Below, piece after piece: positions 52,492 to 64,000 of a stretch of 64,000 bases of DNA; the stretch's first letter is position 1; every line of letters starts with the position of its first letter. This DNA comes from Nitrospirota bacterium (GTDB taxonomy: Bacteria; Nitrospirota; Thermodesulfovibrionia; Thermodesulfovibrionales; UBA9159): NCBI GenBank assembly GCA_963699545.1, contig CAVOUE010000012.1:97140-161139 (forward strand), written 5' to 3'. The position numbers were made by a program, and so were the translations under genes. The notes under the pieces were generated by a model. The model ran no database searches, was not told the origin of the DNA, and was given only the letters and a program-made list of their open reading frames with translations.

Positions 52492-54959
52492 AGACTAGTT
52501 GATACTCGTTCAACTTCATTGATTGTAGGGGTAGAGTAGCCCGTAAGTCTAGTAACGTTTTCGTAGGTCGTGTACCGCCAGTTGTTTTCACGAAAGGAAG
52601 TTAGAAATAATGGATCTTGAACGCCCTGTAGTTCCTTCTCTCGGTTTTTGGGAACGACCATAAACTTGGGCGTATCTTTTTCAATATTTGAGCCACGAAC
52701 GATGGCAGAGGTAAAGCCAGTGGAGTTCTCAACTTCAAAAACGCACTTGATTCGGCTGTCCTGTTGCGATAGCCAAACAACGTCAATCATTTCAATTCGT
52801 TCAAGTTGGCGGGGGTCATAAAAAGAATGGATAGACTCAAGAGTCTGCAAACTCGCGATATCTCTCAGCAGCGTTCCATCTTCAGTTGTTTCAGGCTGTT
52901 CACGCTTTCCGACATAAACGGAAAAACCTGCACTCTTCCCGATGTTGATAATTTGCCTTATGACTTCGGAGTGTTGCGTGCTGTTCTTAATAGTTATATC
53001 CCGTATTTTCCAATTGCCAGCAGAACGATAGGCGAATTTTTCCAAAACACTCTTTATGCCTTTGGGATCTGGGGTCAAGCCGTTTGGGTAGGTCCGGAAT
53101 AATTCTCCAAGAATATCATCGAACTTGACGGACACTTTACGGCGCAGGATGGATAAGACAGTCTCTTCAAGGCGGTCTTGGAGAGGGCGGTCAGGAAAAT
53201 TGATGTACTCGTTTGGCTTCATAAACCACCAATAATTGCCGGCCTTGTTATCTTTGTTTTCCCACGTTTTGAAAATCTTGCCTTTACCGGTATTCTGTGA
53301 CAATACCCTAAGTATCTCGTCTTGGTACTCTTTGGGTTGCATGTAGCCTGCTTGGAGCATTTCAGGCACGAGCCCTGCAATAATAAACTCGTAAGGCGTA
53401 GGCTCGTTTCGTAGAGCAATGATTTCGATTGCTTTCTGAACTATAAAATGATTTAGCCCTGATATGTCGTCGCTAAAATCAACATCGCGATGTTTGACGC
53501 AACGGATATAAAAGTCGGCGCCCGAAGTTCCGTAAGGATTGGCAACGTTGGACTCGCCAGAGCGACGATTGTATTGGTGTGTAACTTTGTCGAACTTGAA
53601 TCCCGCCAATCTGACAGCATGAACAAAATCGTTCCATTCTCGTAACTTCTTGTGGTGAAATGTAATCACGATATAGCCGTCATCCTTCAGCACGCGATGG
53701 AGTTGCTTGAAGGCGTTTTGCAATCGTCGCCTATACTCGTCTCGCCCGATTTGCCCCTTCTTGATGGTAATTTCCGATTGTAAATCGGGCAGATATTTCT
53801 TGTCTATCTTGTGAAGCCACATAAGCCATACAAGGCTCAAGTCGAGATACGGCACTAAACCAGCATAAGGCGGGTCGGTGATAATGAAGTCAATGCTCTT
53901 GTCTGGGATGCGTTTCGACAGGTCGGCAACATCAAGGATGCCATACGTGAGATTTGCCGTAGGGCGAATCTTTTTACTTTTGTTGAAATCAAACACCTTG
54001 AGTTTTACAGGCAACGATGTTCTCGCGTCTCGCAGAGAAGAAATCACTCCTTGCTTATCCACACATGAGCGACGGAAGACTACCAACGGGTTTTGTTCCA
54101 TCTGCCTGCGCCGAATCATATAATCTGCTCGTCCCCAACTGCCAGAGAAATCGCGTTTGGCTGTTTGGTGGCGAGGGACAACCATTTTTGAAGTCAGATG
54201 CAATGTCTGAATAAATCCAAAAAGCAGTTGCAATCGCACACCTTCATTTCTTTGTTGGAGAATTTCGTCAAAGATGCGCGAAAGTAGATAAAGATTTCGT
54301 CTCGTCCAGAGATATTGGAACCCATTGCCGCCTGCATCTGCAATGAATTTGTGAGTAATTGTTGGCGTATCAGGGAATTTGTCAGTGGGATACCAGAAAG
54401 GTATCTTCAGGTTTTGCATGGCTTTAGCTTTCTTCTTATCGGAGTCGTCTGCGTGTACAAAATATCGCTTGCCCTTATTGGTCTTTCCCGTCTTGGTCTT
54501 TTCATCCGACGGTACCTCAATAGCAAGTTGAACAATTTTGCCCGAAAGCCAGCGATAGTTGAACACGATACCTTGTAGCCCTTTGTATTTTCTGGTGTAA
54601 TTACGAATATAAACTGGGTCTTTCTCAATCACAGAAGAGATTTTTTCGAAGGCTTTTACAAAAGCCGCTTCGTCAAATTGCGATGTGAGGGCTTCAACGA
54701 TAAAGGCCGTTAGTGGATTCAGGTCGAAGGCGATAGCATTGCGTTGTATCTTCACGGCTTCGAATGCCGCTATTGCGCTACCAGCAAACGGATCAAGAAC
54801 TGTCCCTTTAAGCGGGCAGTATCTTTCGATGAATTGGCTCCAGATGTTATGCGGCTTCTTGCCCCAATACTTCATCGCAGTATACATTGGCGGTCTTGTA
54901 TCTTCCACCAGCGCAAAATTGAGATGTGGTCGGATATCTTGGTCGGTCATGTTATCCAT
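52488..54959 (-). CDS. DNA adenine methyltransferase fused to a C-terminal putative PD-(D/E)xK nuclease
   Basis: VLDPFAGS, ITDPPY; C-terminal IDVVW...FEVENST. Confidence 0.8.
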   Translation of the reverse strand: MDNMTDQDIRPHLNFALVEDTRPPMYTAMKYWGKKPHNIWSQFIERYCPLKGTVLDPFAGSAIAAFEAVKIQRNAIAFDLNPLTAFIVEALTSQFDEAAFVKAFEKISSVIEKDPVYIRNYTRKYKGLQGIVFNYRWLSGKIVQLAIEVPSDEKTKTGKTNKGKRYFVHADDSDKKKAKAMQNLKIPFWYPTDKFPDTPTITHKFIADAGGNGFQYLWTRRNLYLLSRIFDEILQQRNEGVRLQLLFGFIQTLHLTSKMVVPRHQTAKRDFSGSWGRADYMIRRRQMEQNPLVVFRRSCVDKQGVISSLRDARTSLPVKLKVFDFNKSKKIRPTANLTYGILDVADLSKRIPDKSIDFIITDPPYAGLVPYLDLSLVWLMWLHKIDKKYLPDLQSEITIKKGQIGRDEYRRRLQNAFKQLHRVLKDDGYIVITFHHKKLREWNDFVHAVRLAGFKFDKVTHQYNRRSGESNVANPYGTSGADFYIRCVKHRDVDFSDDISGLNHFIVQKAIEIIALRNEPTPYEFIIAGLVPEMLQAGYMQPKEYQDEILRVLSQNTGKGKIFKTWENKDNKAGNYWWFMKPNEYINFPDRPLQDRLEETVLSILRRKVSVKFDDILGELFRTYPNGLTPDPKGIKSVLEKFAYRSAGNWKIRDITIKNSTQHSEVIRQIINIGKSAGFSVYVGKREQPETTEDGTLLRDIASLQTLESIHSFYDPRQLERIEMIDVVWLSQQDSRIKCVFEVENSTGFTSAIVRGSNIEKDTPKFMVVPKNREKELQGVQDPLFLTSFRENNWRYTTYENVTRLTGYSTPTINEVERVSTSL

Positions 54960-55018
54960 TGGCGACTGTAATTCTTCCTTTAATCTTCCCGCATATTGTT
55001 ACGATTACGGAAAAAGTA

Positions 55019-55192
55019 TTATTTCTCCTTCCTCACCCCTTTAAACGGTTCTTTATCTGCCTTCTGGTCAATAAACAAGTTAGTCTCTTTGTCTACTTTT
55101 GTCCAACGCTGATTGTGGGGGTTATAAACTTGCGTGCGATCTTTTACTGCGCCATGCCCGTGATTGTCTCCATACGGTGCATTCTTTGCCAT
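55019..55192 (-). CDS. Small hypothetical protein (57 aa)
   Basis: MAKNAPYGDNHGHGAVKDRTQVYNP...FIDQKADKEPFKGVRKEK; starts 2 nt after the lexA-like stop; below the ORF-track cutoff. Confidence 0.7.
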   Translation of the reverse strand: MAKNAPYGDNHGHGAVKDRTQVYNPHNQRWTKVDKETNLFIDQKADKEPFKGVRKEK

Positions 55193-55194
55193 AT

Positions 55195-55821
55195 TCAAAC
55201 CGCCAATTTTGGAATTGTTGTCACAGCCACTCCCTGAACCTGAAAATTTTCAGTCAGGATAATCGGCTTATTTTTTTTATTATTCGACCTCGGCATTAAA
55301 ACAACACAATTCTTGCTACGCTGAAATTCTTTGACAGTTGCTTTATCATCAATCAGTGCCACAACTATATCTCCATTTTGTGCCGCTGACTGCTGGCGCA
55401 TAAGTATTAAGTCTCCATCATTGATGCCGGCTTTATTCATAGAATCGCCTTTAGCCCTAAGCAGGAAGTATTTAAACCCAGGTTTCGCAAGGGAAACGGA
55501 TACGGGAATAAACCCCTCAATATTTTCCTGAGCCAAGATAGGCACTCCACAGGTTACCATACCAACTAAAGGAATATCGACCGTGTGGGCATGAACTGAA
55601 TCTGCGTCAATATCTCTAATTAACTGCAAATCACCACTTGCACGTTTTTTCAAAATGCCTTGCTGGATTAATTCCTCAATAATTAACGCAGCCGACCTAG
55701 GGGATTTATATCCAAGCGCTGTCATCAACTCACGTACAGAGGGGGTTTTGCCCTTATGCATAAGCCAGTTCCGTATACAGCGGACTGCGTCTGCCTGTTT
55801 TTGGCTGAGCTGTGTCTTCAT
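55195..55821 (-). CDS. lexA: LexA-like repressor (wHTH + S24 peptidase)
   Basis: PSVREL, VTCGVP cleavage site, GDSM and ATVK catalytic motifs. Confidence 0.85.
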   Translation of the reverse strand: MKTQLSQKQADAVRCIRNWLMHKGKTPSVRELMTALGYKSPRSAALIIEELIQQGILKKRASGDLQLIRDIDADSVHAHTVDIPLVGMVTCGVPILAQENIEGFIPVSVSLAKPGFKYFLLRAKGDSMNKAGINDGDLILMRQQSAAQNGDIVVALIDDKATVKEFQRSKNCVVLMPRSNNKKNKPIILTENFQVQGVAVTTIPKLAV

Positions 55822-55823
55822 AG

Positions 55824-55861
55824 TTAATACAGAGTGTATAATAGTGTATTAAAATAGTCAA
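55824..55861 (-). promoter_or_regulatory. lexA-like promoter with an inverted repeat
   Basis: TTGACT-17nt-TACACT; TTAATACA-13nt-TGTATTAA brackets the -10. Confidence 0.62.
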
Positions 55862-55977
55862 GCGGAAAATTGGCAGCAGTCGCAAAACGTTATTGAACTA
55901 GTTAACTTGTCATTTGAGGAGGGCAAATGTAAGGTAAAAGCACAACACATCGCGGATTTTGATCCAGGCCGCTTCCT

Positions 55978-56751
55978 TTATTGCGCGTGCTTCTCTATCA
56001 CATCCGCAAGCCGCGCAAACTCTTCGATGCTGAGGGTCTCCGGCCTCCTGGTGGGCTCGATCCCTGCGAGGATAAGTCTTTCCCTTATATCCTCCGCGAT
56101 CGGCTTGAGAGAGTTCACCAGCATCTTTCTCCTCTGGGAGAAAGCCGTCTTGATCACCTTAAAGAACAGCGTTTCATCCTTCACAGCAACTGAGGGTCTC
56201 CGCAAAATCTCGATATGGAGGACTGCGGAATCCACTTTCGGCACAGGTCTGAAAGCACCCCCGGGAATGGTAAATTCAAGGTGTGGTTTCCCGTAGTACT
56301 GGATCATCAGTGAAAGGACACCATATTCCTTTCCTCCGGGCTTTGCAGCGATCCTCTCGGCCACCTCCTTCTGGATGGTTACGGTGATAGACCGGAGACG
56401 GTCCCTGTGTTCAAGGAGCTTGAAAAGTATGGGCGTTGTTATGTAATAGGGGATATTGGCGACCACCTTGAATTCTCCGAGGGTCTCATAGGGAAATGCA
56501 AGGGCATCGCCGTGGACCAGATCGATATTCCCGTATCCTGAAAGTTCATCGGTCAGTCTCTCGTAGAGTTCCTTGTCCAGTTCGATGGCGATGACCTTTT
56601 TCACGCAGCCGGCAAGCATCGCTGTCATCCTGCCGGGGCCGGGACCTATCTCCACCACCGTATCCTCTGCGGAAAGACTGGCCGCACGGACAATCCCCTT
56701 CAGGATGGAAGGATCGAAGAGGAAGTTCTGTCCCAAACGTTTTCTCGCCAT
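55978..56751 (-). CDS. rsmA: 16S rRNA dimethyltransferase
   Basis: LGQNFL, EIGPG, ANIPY and PKVDS. Confidence 0.96.
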   Translation of the reverse strand: MARKRLGQNFLFDPSILKGIVRAASLSAEDTVVEIGPGPGRMTAMLAGCVKKVIAIELDKELYERLTDELSGYGNIDLVHGDALAFPYETLGEFKVVANIPYYITTPILFKLLEHRDRLRSITVTIQKEVAERIAAKPGGKEYGVLSLMIQYYGKPHLEFTIPGGAFRPVPKVDSAVLHIEILRRPSVAVKDETLFFKVIKTAFSQRRKMLVNSLKPIAEDIRERLILAGIEPTRRPETLSIEEFARLADVIEKHAQ

Positions 56752-56900
56752 CTACCGCCTTCCCGCCTGTAACCGCTGATGCACACATTCCCGCAAAAAA
56801 TTCGTGGTGCCGGTCACCCCTCAGGCCGGTGACGAAGCCTTGCACCAGATGAAGGGTTCCCCACGTGTTTATTATGATATAATAAACCATCACGAAATAC

Positions 56901-59404
56901 ATGAGAGCCGCGCTTTCCGAAAAACCAGGTTCAGTTTTAGAGATCTTTGATTTCTTGAACACCCCTGTCTTAGTCATCGATGCTCACCGGAGAATACTCT
57001 CCTGTAACGCTTCTGCCGTCAGTGTCTTTCAGTACACGGCTGATGACATCGCGGGACGGCACATAACCGAGATCATCCCTGTCGATACCGAATTCCTTGC
57101 GAAGACGTTTACCCTTTCGGGTCGTATCCGTCCCCTGCGGATGAAGGAGTCGATACATGAAGGGTGGCATTTTGAGATCGCAGCAAGAAAGAAGAACGGT
57201 GACACGGTGACCGCACGGGTGACGATCATCCCCTCCGAATGGGAAGGTCAGCACATCGTTGTCATACAGGACATCTCGGCACAAAAGAAGCTGCAGCAGC
57301 GGGCATCCCAGAGGGCAAAGGAGCTGTCCGTTTTTAATACCTTCTCAAAGATCCTTGCCAAACATTCCGAAACCGACAGGATCATGCAGGAACCATCCAT
57401 ATGCTCCTGTACCTCATGGAAGCGGAGAGGGGATGGATCTATCTTGTTGACGATGCCTCCGGGGATCTCTATCTTGCTGCTCACCGGGGATTCAGGGCGG
57501 GCCTTCTCAGTGATGTTGCCCGTTTAAGGCCCGGTGAGTGCTTCGGCGGCAAGGTCTTCAGCTCCGGAAGGCCCCTCATTGTGAAAAAGAGCTCTGAAGA
57601 CCCCAGGGTGAAGCATAAGGACCCGGAGGTGGAGAGCATGGCAGGCGTCCCTATAGTCTCCAAGGGAACTCCTCTTGGTGTCCTCGGCCTGGGAAGCAGA
57701 AGGCAGTCCTATTTCACGTCTCTGGACACGCAGCTCCTCATGACCGTCGCCAGCGAACTGGGTGTGGCGATCGAGAATGCAAAACTCATCGGTCAACTGC
57801 GGGAGAAGATGCGGGAGATCGGGCTCATCAGCGAGCTGAGCAGTGTGATCAATTCGAGCCTCAGCATCGGCACGGTCTTCAGGATCATGATGTCCGAGAT
57901 AAGGAAACTTGTGGAATACGACAGGGGGAGTATTCTCCTCTACAATGAAAAAGAGAACAACCTCGTTATCTATGCCCTGGACACCAATATGAAGACCACC
58001 CTGAAAAGGGGTGTGAGGGCTCCGCTTGACGGGATCAGCGCCGGCTGGGTGATAAAGAATAACCAGCCCTGGATCAACGATGACCTCGCCCGCGAGATAC
58101 AGTTCCCCTTAGACAGCAAGCTGCGCGACGAGGGCATACGCTCGACCATCAGCATCCCTCTTGTCCAGGACAAGATACTGGGGGTATTCAACCTTGACAG
58201 CACAGAACCTTCAAAATACTCGAGGAAGGACCTCCAGTTGCTGCTTTCGGTATCCAAGCACATTTCCATCGCCCTTGAGAACGCCCTGCTCTTTGAAGAG
58301 ATACTCGAAGGAAAAAAAGGAATGGGAAGGGACCTTCGACGCCATCACCGATATGGTCTGGATCGAGGACGGCAGGGAGCGCGTACTCCGTGCAAACCAC
58401 GCCCTTCTGACAAAAACGGGGTACTCCCGGTCGAGATCGTGGGGAAACAGTGCGCTGAAGTCCTGGACAGGATCGGGATAGGCCCGGTGGATGGCCTCTG
58501 CTCCGGCACCATGGCGACGAAGCGGCCGTCGTTCCTTGAACTGAAGGGGAGCGGAGGGAGCATCTTCCATTTCTGGGCATATCCCTTGACTGACGATGAA
58601 GGCCACCTCTATGCCATCGTCCACTATCTCAAGGACGTCACTGCCCAGAAACGCCTCGAACAGCAGCTCATAAGGACGGATAAGCTCGCATCCCTGGGCA
58701 CGCTGGTTGCCGGCATTGCCCATGAGATCAATAATCCCATGGGGATCATCGCAGGCTATTCAGAGGCTCTCCTTGAGAGGGCAAGGCACAGATCTCTCCT
58801 GAGCCTGAAAGAATTTGAGGATTTCCCCGAGTATCTCGATACCATTCACAACGAGATATTCAGATGCAAGAGGATACTGCGTTCCCTCCTGGAATTCGCC
58901 ATGCCGCATGGGGGGACATTCCGCGACCTGGACATCAATGAACTGATAAAGGAAGTTATCCTCCTGGTGCACCATAAGGCCGCGAGGCTCAACCATGATA
59001 TCGAATTCAGACTGAACAGGGAACTGCCGAAGGTGTCTGCTGATGCAGGAAGCCTGAGGCAGCTGTTCATGAACATCATCATCAACTCCCTCTACTTCGC
59101 CCCGGAAGGAGGGAGCATCATCATCACCACCGGACTGGACGCCCCTGCAGAAAGTGGCGCCTTCGGCGGGGATACGGAGATGATCGCAGTCTCCATTTCT
59201 GATACCGGTCCCGGAATCCCCGGGGAGATCATTGCCAAGATATTTGACCCGTTCTTCACCACGAAGCCGGTGGGTGAAGGCACGGGACTCGGACTGGCCA
59301 TCTGCCACAAGATCGTGGAAGAGCACGGCGGCAGCATTTACGTGCAGAGCGAAGAAGGAGTGGGGACGACCTTCATCATACGGCTCCCTGCAAAGGCACC
59401 ATGA
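56901..59404 (+). CDS. Sensor histidine kinase (PAS-GAF-GAF-PAS-HisKA-HATPase), frameshifted
   Basis: AHEINNP H-box, DTGPG, FDPFFTTK and GTGLGL. Confidence 0.88.
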
Positions 59405-60738
59405 TCAGGGTACTTGCGCTGGACGACGAAGAACCGTTCAGACGACTCCTCAAAAAAGAGCTTACCAGAAAAGGTTTCTATGCAGAGGCAGCTCCCGACG
59501 GCGAGGCTGCCCTGAGTCTTCTGAAAGGCAATTCCTTTGATGTAATTCTCCTGGATATCATAATGCCCGGCATAGACGGCATCTCCCTGATGACGAAGCT
59601 GCAGGCAGACCCTTCCCCCCTGTCATCATCGTTCTCACCGGCAAGGCCACGGTAGAGACAGCGGTGGAAGCCATGAAGCACGGGGCCTATGACTATCTCA
59701 CAAAGCCTTACAAACTTGATGAGCTGGTGATCCTGATCAACAGGGCATATGAATACGGCAAGCTGAAGATCAAGAACCAGCAGTTCCAGCAGGAGCTGCT
59801 CCGGAAAGAAACCCCCGTAGACTTTGTGGGAAAAAGCAAGCATATAAGAGATATCCTTGCACTGATACAAAAAGATCGCGCCGACCGACTCCACGGTATT
59901 CATTCAAGGTGAGAGCGGCACCGGCAAGGAGCTTGTCGCAAATACTCTCTGGCATTACAGCAGGAGGAACTCCTTTCCCTTCGTCGTTCTTAACTGCGCC
60001 GCATTGTCGGAGAACCTCATCGAATCCGAACTCTTCGGACACGAGAAGGGCGCTTTCACCAGCGCCCACCAGACCAAGTTCGGCATTGTAGAGGTTGCGG
60101 ACAAGGGAACGCTTTTCCTTGACGAGATCGGTGAGATGCCCCTCGGCCTTCAGGCAAAACTCCTGAGATTCCTCGACTCGGGGGAATTCAGAAGGGTCGG
60201 CAGCAACAGGACCATAACCGTGGACGTAAGGGTAATAGCGGCCACGAACAGGGATCTCACCACCCTCATCAGGACAGGGGAGTTCAGACAGGACTTATTC
60301 TACCGTTTGAACGTCATCAACCTAACGCTCCCGCCCATGAGGGAGCGAAGGGAAGATATCCCGGAGCTCGCCCGCTACTTCCTGAAGAAATACGGCCAGA
60401 AGCTGTCCAAGGACATTTCGGGGTTCACCGCCGAAGCCCTGGAGGCGCTCACGATCTACCACTGGCCCGGAAATGTAAGGGAAATGGAGAACATCATCGA
60501 GAGGGCGGTGATCCTCTGCGAGTCGGGAAAGATCACCCCGGATGATCTTTCCATCCCCTCCGTCTCTGCCGCAAAAGAGACAACACCGGATGCCACGCTC
60601 GAAAAGATGGAGAAAGAACATATCCTAGGGTCCTCAGGGAATCCGGCGGGAACCAGTCAAAGGCGAGCCAGACCCTCGGCATCGACAGAAAGACCCTCTA
60701 CCTGAAACTGAAGAAGTACGACATCGACGAAGCCATAA
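59401..60738 (+). CDS. Sigma-54-dependent response regulator (NtrC family), frameshifted
   Basis: LLDIIMPG receiver, [30 protein letters not shown] and a C-terminal HTH. Confidence 0.9.
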
Positions 60739-60899
60739 AAAAGTAAGAGTCCCCGATATCTTAATCATTCCGTCCCTGAATAATTTCTTGATCAGCCTTT
60801 CACCCCAGGTGGAGGCGAGAGACCGTAACGGGGATTATCGATGCTCAACTCATCCGGCTACAAATATGGGATCATGTAGTTGAAGAATGAGGTGCCTTC

Positions 60900-62770
60900 A
60901 TGGTTGCGGGATAACCCGAAGGATACTACTTCAACGGTATGCTCATCGGCACGGGCGCTCTCCTGCTTGAGCTTCCTGCTCCGCTAAGGCTGTTCGCGCA
61001 ATCTCAACCGAGCTACGGCTTCGGTGGAATAGGCGATTATGCTTCTTCGAATGGGAACACTTCCGACGTGATCGGAGCATCCACGAGCTATTCAAATGGT
61101 GCCTATAAAGCTATAAGCCGGGAAATTTGAGGTTCCAGCGAATTGGTGCAATCTCGTCATAGTCGGTGGTGGCCTAAGAGGCCTCGGTGCCGCGTATCAA
61201 TTAAATAAGTTCTACTTTGAAGCAGGCAAAATGCCTTATCATTGAAAATCATCCGATCTTCGGCAGTCTAGGCAAAGAGAAATCAATGCATCGTCCAGGG
61301 AGAGCGGCTTATCGGGCCGCAGACCTCAAATGCTTTCAGCGTGATCGGTTCCCACGGCGTCCCCCGGATATGATATTTATACTGAACTGGGAATACCAAC
61401 AGAGTTTGAATATGGCGCGTTAGCCCCCAACTGAAGCCTTCGACTTGATTCCAGAACTTCGGCTACCGGCTCTGGTTCAATTCAAAGAGCAGCTCCACCA
61501 CTATTTTTTTGCAGGTCAGGGACAGGCCACTCCCGGCACCATGGGTAGCCAGTCTGGGAGACCAACTTTGCAGGAACGCCGTCTTCAGAAAGCTGAAAAG
61601 ATTTCCTTCGGTGGAGGGATCTAACAGATCGCCGATATGACGGTGAAGACTATCGCCGTTGGCTTAATTCCATGACCTATAAGGATTATCTGGAAAAGAT
61701 TTGAGAACAGTGCCGGAAATAACGCGCTACGCCAATCCGGTGCTCGCCAGTGTGGTGGCTTCGCTTGATGTGATCGGCGCATATGCAGCCCGTACGGTCT
61801 GATACCGGATTACAAATTCCGGGCCATCGTTCGCTGAGGAACAGTCACTGGCATTCATTCCCAGGTGGCAATGGAGGCTCTCCCGCTATTTCATTAAAGC
61901 ATTAATCCCCGATGTCATTGAGGGCGGCAGAGCTTCGCGGATATACATAACGGCCGGGTGCGTTTCTCTGCTCTCGACTCGAGGGAGGCGAATTTGCTCG
62001 GCTTCGCTTCGTTGTTGAGTAAACGCAAAACAGTTGAACGCCGGGAAAGAGCGTTACCGTGATCTCTGCATAAAGGATGGGAAACTCTACCGCCTAAAGG
62101 CCCGAAGTGTGGTTATGGCATGCGGCAGTCGCCTCTCCCGGAAAGTGGTCTCGGATCTGCCTGCAAATTATTTCCAGCGGCCTATGCTCACTTTCATGTA
62201 TCGCCTATCCTGGTGGCGATTGGCCTACGACTGGCCTTTTCTTACCGATGGGTTTCACTGCCTGCAAATGGTTCAACGGCTCGGATTGGCTGCAATATTC
62301 GCAAGCCGATGTTTTGTGGGAAATTACCGACCGCCTCTGCATCCTCAAACCAACGGTGCTCACCTTCTACGTCTTTTTCCACCAGCCAGGCCTTGGCATC
62401 GAGGAGCGGGAGAAAGCGGAAGGAAAAAGCTCCTCAACAAGTTATGCCGAATTCGAGTCCCTGATGGTCGGGGCAGATGAAGCAGCTCTTCTCGGATGCA
62501 GGCTTTGAGGCTGAAAAAGATCGCGGGCATCATCCTGAATCGCTGGACTTACGCCTATGTGAACCCGCAGCCAGGCTTCTGCTTCGGCAAGGGCAGACCA
62601 GCACCTCAGGGGATACATCCGCAAGCCCTCAGGCCGCATTGCCTTCGCCCATGCTGAACTCAATGGACATCAGCACTGGGTTGCGGCTGTGGATAAGCAG
62701 GAGAGCAACGAGACAAGCAATGGAAGACGTTGTGAAAAACACGTTTCTTGAAGAGATCAGGATTTTCTGA
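60900..62770 (+). CDS. FAD-dependent oxidoreductase, spermidine dehydrogenase-like (heavily frameshifted)
   Basis: Fragments FNGMLIG, VIVGGGLRGLGAA, FPGGNG, ILNRWTYAY and RIAFAHAEL in different frames. Confidence 0.6.
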
Positions 62771-63259
62771 AGATCAGCACATCACTCTCAAGAGTTCTCA
62801 TAAATCAGGATCACCTTTTAAGGCTTCCCCTTATATTAGTGAGTATTGCTTTGCTCTTAACCACTTTATCACAGCCACGACCACGCCGCTGACTATCACC
62901 CGGAAAACAGCGATGATCATGCCTTGCTTCACGATATATCAGCACATGAAAACCTATCCACTGGTGAGCAGCATAACGGTTCTCACCTGCATATCCAGAA
63001 AGACATTGGCAGAACCGACAGATAACTCAGCAACTTAAAGAGCAAGTCGCCACATCTGATCTCACTGTACCTGCATCACTGGTCTTTGCTGAACATCTGA
63101 CAAGCAGACGTGCAGAGCACACCCAGGCGTTTGTCTTCGAAGTAATACTGGCGCTTACCATTCCGGTCTTTCCCCCCCAGCCGCCTGAGCATTAGTAGTC
63201 ACCAAGGTCTTACTTGCCTGGTGTTAATCTGACCGGCAAAAAAATGAATCCGGAACGTG

Positions 63260-64000
63260 CATCATAAAGATTTATCATCTGTTAGTTTTTTTTTCGCTAT
63301 TCCCCCTGCAGGGGTTCGCGCTGGAACCGTCAGAGAGGCTGATCTTTGAAAAGAACTTTCTTTACCCATATATTGAGGTAATGGAATTTGCAGGATGAAG
63401 AAAAAGACATTGCAAATGAAAAGAAGGACGTTTCCCAGGGAGGGATGTCCTTCAAGAACGCACCGGAGAAACCCCTTCTTGAATATACGCAATATTGTTG
63501 ACTACTCCTGGCATATCTCGACAGAGAACCGAAGGATGTGCTCTTTGTCGGCCTTGGAATAGGGGCAATGCCCCGGTATTTAAGCCGCTACTACCCTGAG
63601 GCCCATATTGATTATGTGCACAGAGATGGACCCGGGAACTATCATGAGTGCTGCAATAGAATCTTTCTTTCTTTAAAGAAACGAGCCGAAATATGAAGGT
63701 TCATCTGGCAAGGAAGATGTTCGTGGAAAGGCGCCGCAAAGAAATACGACATGATTTCCTGAAGATCGTATCAGAATAACAATACCCCTTTCACCTCACC
63801 ACGTAGTTCCTGAGAAAAATGAAAAGCAGAACTGAAGGAGGATGGGGTAGTTGCCGCCAACATCCTTCCCTACAGAAACCAATTTCTTCGATTCGATGGT
63901 CGTGACATACGAAAAGGTTACTTCCATCTCTATATCTTTCAGGACAACACTAGAGAGAAACTTCATCTTTGTCGCCACGCCGGACAAGATGAGAAGATCT
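63260..64000 (+). CDS. Spermidine synthase-like SAM-dependent protein (degraded, partial)
   Basis: Fragments PKDVLFVGLGIGAMPRYL, KYDMI, PFHLTT and LKEDGVVAANI. Confidence 0.55.

Noticed and set aside
62770-63260. Possible gene between the two degraded 3' genes
   Set aside because: Sequence too degraded to support a call.

Overview
A 64-kb stretch of bacterial chromosome. The gene content (TIGR04442-like protein, GEMM-I riboswitch, cysE-cysS fusion, Tat-type SOR) suggests an anaerobic Nitrospirota/Desulfobacterota-like organism; this is inference. Many genes carry single-base frameshifts, and the last ~3 kb is badly degraded, which looks like long-read assembly error. Housekeeping content: pdhABC plus an ADP-forming acyl-CoA synthetase, mtgA, argB, tadA, iscR-tusA-iscS-iscU, rimI, tsaB, dtd, cysE-cysS, queF, trpEGD, rsmA, five tRNAs and a sigma-54 two-component pair. 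The main finding, hidden from the ORF track, is an ArsR-led operon (28225-31562, minus strand) of six consecutive predicted selenoprotein genes. They hold 8 in-frame UGA codons, each followed by a SECIS-like hairpin: an unknown protein, a MerT-like transporter, a DUF5714-like protein with a UxU motif, a DUF2284-like protein, a UXX-star glutaredoxin-like protein and an AhpD/CMD protein with CxxU. A second ArsR-led block lies upstream on the same strand, with a Sec-containing DsrE, DsrF/H, SQR and an MMPL export module. Other notable items: a GEMM-I riboswitch with the 3',3'-cGAMP-type A20, a decayed islet at tRNA-Arg, a LexA-headed restriction-modification island, and many apparently leaderless promoters.
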